This document shows, piece by piece, positions 59,101 through 64,000 of a stretch of DNA of 64,000 bases. Under the pieces are notes generated by a model. That model worked only from the letters and a program-made list of their open reading frames with translations. It ran no database searches and was not told the DNA's origin. The stretch's first letter is position 1. Every line of letters begins with the position of its first letter. The position numbers were made by a program, and so were the translations under genes. Source of the stretch: Bacteroidota bacterium (lineage in GTDB: Bacteria; Bacteroidota; Bacteroidia; AKYH767-A; OLB10); contig CANGJU010000002.1 of NCBI GenBank assembly GCA_947453935.1, forward strand, positions 754-64,753. The letters run 5' to 3'.

Positions 59101-59186
59101 ATGAACTAGATGCAACAATTGAAAAAGATTTGTTGAAACCAGAAGAGCCTAAAGAACAAGAAACAGATTTAAACAATTCGAAATAA
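56115..59186 (+). CDS. Large tetratricopeptide-repeat protein (about 1020 aa), secreted
   Basis: ATG at 56115 (MKHKLKFLILAG...FAQ signal) is preferred to the GTG at 56103. TPR-like repeats run throughout. Confidence 0.7.
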   Translation: MKHKLKFLILAGILCTRISFAQHTEFYTEADRNYKTAYELFIKEKYGAAIELFDNYAASSKGTLPYKINAAYYSAVSSFELFNPDAESKLQTFIDKYPESTKAPLAWFYLGRMHYRTKQYGKALTALEKADVYYLSGDEVAEYYFKTGYCYFSKNDQEKASKNFHEIIEVQSKYQTAAQYYYGHIAYTQNNFNTALEYFKKLDSSATFGPLVPYYITQMYFEQENYNEVIKYGTDILKKSNPQNASEINRIIAESYYRSNDYKNALIYFDVYQSSVPAINRDDRYSIAYCEYKNGDYKTAAANFEKVTEVNDSLAQNAYYHLADCYLKAKNKQAARNAFQFAGKNTFDPSISESSQFNYAKLSYELGFQPVALNAFRNFLVNYPNSKYADESNELIAVLYLNTRNYKDALTALDNIKVKTNRSKEAYQKVAYYRGVELFNDGYLDNAISMFEKAIVNDINQNLRALAMYWKAEALYKQNKFEAAIKQYRIFIFNPASVNTDFYELGHYNLGYAYFKNTEYNEAATWFRKYLAKKGEVSKTSYDDCLLRTGDCFYVTRQFETALPYYQQAIDNQAASSDYALFQKGILQGLLGDVDGKTSTMNTLLTQYPKSKFKADGLFEKGKAQLSLGNSAEAKKLFNDLLAEFPNSVYAKKAQLNVGLIHFNSNEDDEALNIFKKVVSNYPGSPEAAEALATIKSIYISNGTPDKYFEYAKTVSNVSISEGAQDSITFEAAEQQYLSQKFDEAKISFKKYLEQFDNGIFKLNATFYIAECDYRSNKFEDALTGYEFIVAQPKNIFSEKSLLKAGNINYKNKAYDRAIPHYAKLEQTADLRDNIIYAQTGLMRCYFKNKQYDQSLLYAQKLLSAEKVSNEITAEAHLTNGRCALLTDDFATAKKEFQATAKQSSAVGAESRYNLALIEYKQNNFKTSQNKCFEIINEVPSYDYWIGKSFILLADNYVALKDTFQAKQTLQSLIDNFEVDPSDPEDIKALATAKYNELDATIEKDLLKPEEPKEQETDLNNSK

Positions 59187-59204
59187 AATCCTTTTCTAAA
59201 TAAA

Positions 59205-60947
59205 ATGATTATGACAAATTCAGCATATAAAATAGTAGTCAGCAGCATTTTAGTTGCACTCCTAATTTCGTTTAATGCAACTCCAGTTAATGCACAAGCA
59301 AATCCTGATAGCACAAAAGGTGGCGTTAAAAATCTAGGAAACGAAGATATTAATGTATACAAGGAATACACGCCGGTATTAAACGATGCATTTAAGATTA
59401 ATATTACACCCGTTGGCGATACCTCGATATTTAATCCTCCAACTTTAACCTATGCTATCGAACCTAAGCCGATGAATTCAAACTATAATTTATCGCCTAT
59501 CAAGCCTGTTAAAATCAAGGATGATAATATTAAAAAATTATACAAGGGATTTATTAAGGCTGGTTACGGATTAGAGAATCTTCCAATGGTTGATTTATAT
59601 TTTAATTCGCTTCGTTCGAAAGAATTTAATGCTGGAGTTCGATTCAACCACTTGTCAAGTACTGGTGGAATTACAGATTATGGAAATCCATCTAACAGCC
59701 ATGATGCACTAAACGCTACGGGTATACGCTATTTTGACAAATTAAGTATCAATGCTGACTTAGGATTTAAAAGAGACCTTGTACATTACTATGGATATAA
59801 AGCACCTGATTTATTTTCAAAAGCAGAAACAAAGCATATCCTACAAGATGTAAATGCAGCATTCGGAATACAAACGAAAAAGAAAAATGATGATGCCATT
59901 GCGTTTAATGGTGGCGCTGCATTCTATACTTTTTCTGATAACTATAAATCATCAGAAAATAACATAACGATAAAAGCTGGCGCAGAGAAAACAGTTAACA
60001 AAGGAAACGCTACATTGGATGTTTCTTATGATGCAGGAAAATACAATGCAGACACTCTTGAATTCACAAGAAATATTTTGAGAATTATGCCAAGAGTGAA
60101 TATCAAAAAGAATTTATCGGCCTTAACAGTTGGAGCAAATTTAATTGGAGAAACAGAAAATGGAATTGGGGCATTTCGTATTTATCCTTACTTAGTAGGT
60201 TCTTATCAGTTAATCCCTGAAACGTTTTCTGTGTATGGAAAAGTAAGTGGCGATTTACAACGTAACGACCTTCGCTCATTCGGAAATCAGAATCCATATT
60301 TTGGTAAATACACCTTCCTTCAAAACACTAACAACAAAATTATGTTTGAAGCAGGAACTAAGATTAAGCTTGATCACAATTTAATTTTAACGGCATCGGC
60401 TTCTTATTCCGACTTATCGAATATGCCTTTTTTCTACAACACTGTTGATACAGTAAGTCCTGGTACATTGCGCGATTTCCCAACCACATTTAATGTTGTG
60501 TATGACAAAGTAAAATACATTAAAGCTACAGGAGCATTGGAATACAAATTTGCAGAGAAGACAACAGCAGGAATCAGTGTTGAATACAACAACTACAAAA
60601 CAGATAAATTAAGTAAGCCACTTTATATTCCAGCTTTACGAGCGGGCTTACATGGATCGTATGCAATAGCAGAAAAAATATTTGCAAAGGCTGATATATT
60701 CTATGTTGGTGAATCAAACGGGTTACAATACAGCATTGATACAACACAAGCATCAAGAACGCTCGTAACAAAAGAAATAAAATTAAAAGGCTATGTTGAT
60801 GCTAATTTGACTGTTGATTACCGTTACACGAAATTGCTTTCTGTATTTATGAGTTTAAACAATGTTGGATTTACTCGTTACTTCAGATATTATAATTATC
60901 CAAACTATCGATTCATAGGAATGGCAGGCTTGACCTATTCATTCTAA
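59205..60947 (+). CDS. Putative outer-membrane beta-barrel protein
   Basis: 580 aa with a signal peptide (NATPVNAQ). Alternating-hydrophobic strand pattern and a terminal ...GLTYSF. Starts 18 nt after the TPR gene. Confidence 0.5.
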   Translation: MIMTNSAYKIVVSSILVALLISFNATPVNAQANPDSTKGGVKNLGNEDINVYKEYTPVLNDAFKINITPVGDTSIFNPPTLTYAIEPKPMNSNYNLSPIKPVKIKDDNIKKLYKGFIKAGYGLENLPMVDLYFNSLRSKEFNAGVRFNHLSSTGGITDYGNPSNSHDALNATGIRYFDKLSINADLGFKRDLVHYYGYKAPDLFSKAETKHILQDVNAAFGIQTKKKNDDAIAFNGGAAFYTFSDNYKSSENNITIKAGAEKTVNKGNATLDVSYDAGKYNADTLEFTRNILRIMPRVNIKKNLSALTVGANLIGETENGIGAFRIYPYLVGSYQLIPETFSVYGKVSGDLQRNDLRSFGNQNPYFGKYTFLQNTNNKIMFEAGTKIKLDHNLILTASASYSDLSNMPFFYNTVDTVSPGTLRDFPTTFNVVYDKVKYIKATGALEYKFAEKTTAGISVEYNNYKTDKLSKPLYIPALRAGLHGSYAIAEKIFAKADIFYVGESNGLQYSIDTTQASRTLVTKEIKLKGYVDANLTVDYRYTKLLSVFMSLNNVGFTRYFRYYNYPNYRFIGMAGLTYSF

Positions 60948-60967
60948 TTAAAATAATTTCAAGAGTT

Positions 60968-61000
60968 AAGTCCTGCAGTATTGCAGGACTTTTTTATTTT
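60968..61000 (+). terminator. Rho-independent terminator
   Basis: AAGTCCTGCA-gtat-TGCAGGACTT followed by TTTTATTTT. Confidence 0.7.
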
Positions 61001-61019
61001 TATATAAACTTTTACGACT

Positions 61020-61265
61020 ATGAAATTTGGCTTCCGGGTACCGAGTATTAAAAAACGAATTGCCGCACGAACATCTGTCAAGCGTTATATTCGTCATAGC
61101 TTAGGATTAAAAGCACCTCGTGGATGGGGATGGCTTACCAATCCGAAGAAAGCAGCTTACAATAGAATTTATAATCGAACAACGGTAGGTAGTGGATGTA
61201 TGATTGTTTTACTAAGCTTTGTAAGTTTTGTCTTGATAGCTGTGTTTACAATTTGCTGGATATAA
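61020..61265 (+). CDS. Hypothetical small protein with basic N-half and C-terminal TM helix
   Basis: 81 aa. Flanked by terminator-like hairpins on both sides. Confidence 0.4.
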   Translation: MKFGFRVPSIKKRIAARTSVKRYIRHSLGLKAPRGWGWLTNPKKAAYNRIYNRTTVGSGCMIVLLSFVSFVLIAVFTICWI

Positions 61266-61291
61266 AAAAAGGCGCATCAGATGATACGCCT
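61264..61291 (-). terminator. Rho-independent terminator for the acyl-CoA dehydrogenase gene
   Basis: On the minus strand: GGCGTATC-atct-GATGCGCC (one mismatch) followed by TTTTTTTATA. Confidence 0.55.
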
Positions 61292-61312
61292 TCAAACTTG
61301 TAGTTTTATTAT

Positions 61313-62455
61313 TTAAGCTGATAATATATTTCTTGCAATAACCAGCTTTTGAATTTCAGATGTTCCCTCTCCTATCGTACATAACTTCGAATCACGATAG
61401 AATTTTTCAACTGGAAAATCTTTCGTGTAACCATAACCACCAAAAATTTGCACTGCTTCTGTCGAGCATCTAACAGCAACTTCACTTGCATAATATTTTG
61501 CAAAGGCTGATTGTTTCGTCATTTTCTCTCCACGATTTTTCAAATCTGCTGCTTGAAGCGTTAACAACTCAGCAGCTTCAATCTGAGTCGCCATATCAGC
61601 TAACTTAAACGATATCCCTTGAAAATTTGATATTGGCTGACCGAACTGCTGACGTTCCTGAGAATATTTCACTGAAGCATCAAACGCACCTTTTGCGATT
61701 CCTAAACTTAATGCTGCAATTGAAATACGACCACCATCTAAAATTTTCATGGCTTGCTTAAATCCGTCACCTACTTTACCAAGTACTTGACTTTGGTGAA
61801 CACGACAGTCTTCAAAAATCATTTCTGCTGTTTCTGAAGCACGCATTCCTAATTTATTTTCTTTCTTACCAGCATTAAATCCTGGAGTGCCACGCTCAAC
61901 AACAAATGCTGTGATTCCGTTTGAATCTAACAATTCGCCTGTGCGAGCCAACACTACTGCTACATCACCAGAGATTCCATGCGTAATCCAGTTCTTTGCT
62001 CCGTTAATGACCCAATACTCGCCATCTTGCTTAGCAACACAACGCATACGCATTGCGTCTGAACCTGTATTGGCTTCGGTTAATCCCCATGCCCCGATAT
62101 GTTCTGCTGTAGCTAATTTTGGAAGATATTTTTTCTTTTGTTCTTCGTTACCGAAAGTTAGGATATGTCCAGTGCAAAGCGAATTATGTGCAGCCATTGA
62201 CAATCCCACAGAACCACAAACACGGGCTAACTCCTGAATTGCTGTTACATATTCGAAATAACCTAAGCCTGCTCCACCATATTCTTCCGGCACTAACACT
62301 CCCATAAGTCCTAACTCTCCTAACTTTTTGAATACTTCAATTGGAAAAGTCTGCGATTCATCCCAGTCCATTAAGTAGGGACGAATATTTTTTTCTGCAA
62401 AATCACGCACTGTTTGCGCAATCATTTCCTGGTTTTCTGTTGACTTAAAATCCAT
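61313..62455 (-). CDS. Acyl-CoA dehydrogenase (short/medium-chain type)
   Basis: 380 aa. [11 protein letters not shown] and [34 protein letters not shown]. Confidence 0.9.
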   Translation of the reverse strand: MDFKSTENQEMIAQTVRDFAEKNIRPYLMDWDESQTFPIEVFKKLGELGLMGVLVPEEYGGAGLGYFEYVTAIQELARVCGSVGLSMAAHNSLCTGHILTFGNEEQKKKYLPKLATAEHIGAWGLTEANTGSDAMRMRCVAKQDGEYWVINGAKNWITHGISGDVAVVLARTGELLDSNGITAFVVERGTPGFNAGKKENKLGMRASETAEMIFEDCRVHQSQVLGKVGDGFKQAMKILDGGRISIAALSLGIAKGAFDASVKYSQERQQFGQPISNFQGISFKLADMATQIEAAELLTLQAADLKNRGEKMTKQSAFAKYYASEVAVRCSTEAVQIFGGYGYTKDFPVEKFYRDSKLCTIGEGTSEIQKLVIARNILSA

Positions 62456-62458
62456 TGT

Positions 62459-63358
62459 TTAAGGCTTTACTGTTAAATAAGGTGCAATTTTACGCATGAT
62501 TTTGTCATCATACAAGGGCAAAATGCGCAAGTCTTCAATTCGTTGATAATTTCCGTGCTGTTGTCGATAACTAACGATCATTTTAGCAAACGATTTAGGC
62601 AAGTATGGATGAAACAAGCTATCGGCGTTAATGTTTAGGGCACGATCAACTTTTCCGTCCGTAAAAATACGACTTTGCAAGACCTGAAAAACCGAATCAT
62701 GAATACATTTTAGTTCGAGTAATTGATCGATATTTATGAAACCACCTAGCTTATCCCTGTAGGAAATAATTGCCTTCGCCCGACCCTCTCCAATAAGTGG
62801 GAGTTTGTCGAGGTCTTCAATGGAAGCCGTATTAATGTTCTGTTTGCTTAATAAATCTTTTTGCTTGATGTTATATTGATTCGAACGTTCGCTTTTTTCA
62901 ATCATTTCTTCGGGTAATAAAATATAATTCCACCATTGATGTAGCAAATTCGGTTTTATTACATGCATTTTCTTCAAATCATCTTTAACCTTAAACGAAC
63001 CTCCTTTACTAATGTACTTTACAATCGACTGACCTTGCTTTTCCGACAATCCTAATTTTATCCAATCGTTGATTGAATTCGTGTTGGGATTAAACGAGAA
63101 TAATTTTATAGAGGGCGAATTGACTTTAGCTTTTACTTCTGATGAATTAGAGTTTGCTATGTTTAATATATTATTCGAGTCAATTATTCGAGTCAACAAA
63201 TGGTTTCGAGATTTTCCATTAACAGGAACCCAGTGCAGAACAATTAATGCTACTTGCAAAAGTGAAATTACAATCATTAAAACAACAATAGCCCTTTGTT
63301 CTTTTACAGTATAATTAAAGTAGGCTTTGAAGAGATACTTCCATTTATTTAATCGCAT
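62459..63358 (-). CDS. Helix-hairpin-helix (ComEA-like) domain membrane protein
   Basis: 299 aa. N-terminal TM segment and two HhH units (INTASIEDLDKLPLIGEGRAKAIISYR; second copy near the C-terminus). Confidence 0.6.
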   Translation of the reverse strand: MRLNKWKYLFKAYFNYTVKEQRAIVVLMIVISLLQVALIVLHWVPVNGKSRNHLLTRIIDSNNILNIANSNSSEVKAKVNSPSIKLFSFNPNTNSINDWIKLGLSEKQGQSIVKYISKGGSFKVKDDLKKMHVIKPNLLHQWWNYILLPEEMIEKSERSNQYNIKQKDLLSKQNINTASIEDLDKLPLIGEGRAKAIISYRDKLGGFINIDQLLELKCIHDSVFQVLQSRIFTDGKVDRALNINADSLFHPYLPKSFAKMIVSYRQQHGNYQRIEDLRILPLYDDKIMRKIAPYLTVKP

Positions 63359-63486
63359 GAAAAATAATTTTGAGTAAAATTATAATGCAAAAAAATATTA
63401 TTCGGTTGTTAAGTACTTATAGTCGTTTACAAACGATTAACTTAAACAAATCTGCTAGTCTAAAAAATCAAGAAATAAATTGCAGT

Positions 63487-64000
63487 TTACACTAGGCCAG
63501 CTTCCGACAACAATGCTTCCATCTCTTGCTGAACTTTCCTTGCTTCTTCACCTGCTCTCAAAGCAAAATCTTCCTGATTACCAGCATAAATAATTTGTCG
63601 AGAAGAATTGACAAGCAATCCGCATTGATTATTAAATCCTGCTTTTGAAATTGTTTTTAAGTCGCCACCCTGCGCACCAACACCTGGCACCAGAAAAAAA
63701 TTGTTTGGCGCCAGTGAACGCACATGAGCAAATTGCTCTGCACGCGTTGCACCAACAACAAACATAATCTGATCTTCATTGCCCCAAGATTGTACAGAAC
63801 GAATAACTTTTTCATATAATGGTGCATTTGATTCTTCCAATAAAGATGTTTGAAAATCATTAGCGCCTTCGTTAGATGTCAGAGCCAAAACAATTACCCA
63901 TTTATTTTCAAAATTCAAAAAAGGAGTAACTGAATCTTTTCCCATATAAGGAGCCACTGTAACTGCATCGGCTTTCAGTTCATTAAAAAAAGCTTTCGCA
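63487..64000 (-). CDS. pyrF: Orotidine-5'-phosphate decarboxylase (type 2), C-terminal part; 5' end lies beyond the window
   Basis: The frame stays open to the window edge (…AKAFFNELKADAVTVAPYMGKDSV…). Motifs LTSNEG, VVGAT and LVPGVGAQGG. Confidence 0.85.
   Translation of the reverse strand, partial: AKAFFNELKADAVTVAPYMGKDSVTPFLNFENKWVIVLALTSNEGANDFQTSLLEESNAPLYEKVIRSVQSWGNEDQIMFVVGATRAEQFAHVRSLAPNNFFLVPGVGAQGGDLKTISKAGFNNQCGLLVNSSRQIIYAGNQEDFALRAGEEARKVQQEMEALLSEAGLV

Noticed and set aside
61887-62237. 116-aa and 62-aa plus-strand ORFs inside the acyl-CoA dehydrogenase gene
   Set aside because: These are shadow ORFs opposite a highly conserved enzyme gene.

Overview
64-kb chromosomal window from a low-GC Bacteroidota genome. 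The phylum is inferred from T9SS type A and type B C-terminal sorting domains, TonB-dependent receptors (TBDRs) with CarboxypepD_reg-like N-termini, TAnnTTTG-type promoter boxes, a LemA-TPM-TPM operon and a PcrB/GGGP synthase. Most of the window is housekeeping: ahcY (partial), der, era, ung, mgtE, rsmA, serS, trmB, acyl-CoA dehydrogenase and pyrF (partial). These are interspersed with outer-membrane and secreted proteins: four TBDRs, two Omp85-type barrels, a patatin-barrel fusion and three T9SS substrates. There is a vitamin-scavenging theme: PnuC plus a NadR-like kinase, a BtuF-like binding protein, a TPP riboswitch ahead of a TBDR, and a cobalamin riboswitch ahead of a beta-propeller lipoprotein. 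I recognise no rRNA, tRNA, CRISPR array, transposase or integrase. The most unusual segment is 30.7-36.3 kb. There the last ~100 bp of a rhodanese-thioredoxin gene occurs three times in direct orientation. These copies bracket a TBDR cassette and a tripartite HipB-HipS-HipT toxin-antitoxin operon. To the right lie a tight, uncharacterised three-gene cassette (GNAT-like protein, 53-aa charged protein, 3-TM protein) and GC-rich repeat elements. Other points worth a look are a Fic toxin gene with a convergent, overlapping small ORF carrying the Fic inhibitory motif, a 780-bp non-coding gap containing a three-tier hairpin, and a monocistronic B12-riboswitch-controlled lipoprotein. All calls rest on reading the supplied translations and sequence by eye; no database search was run.
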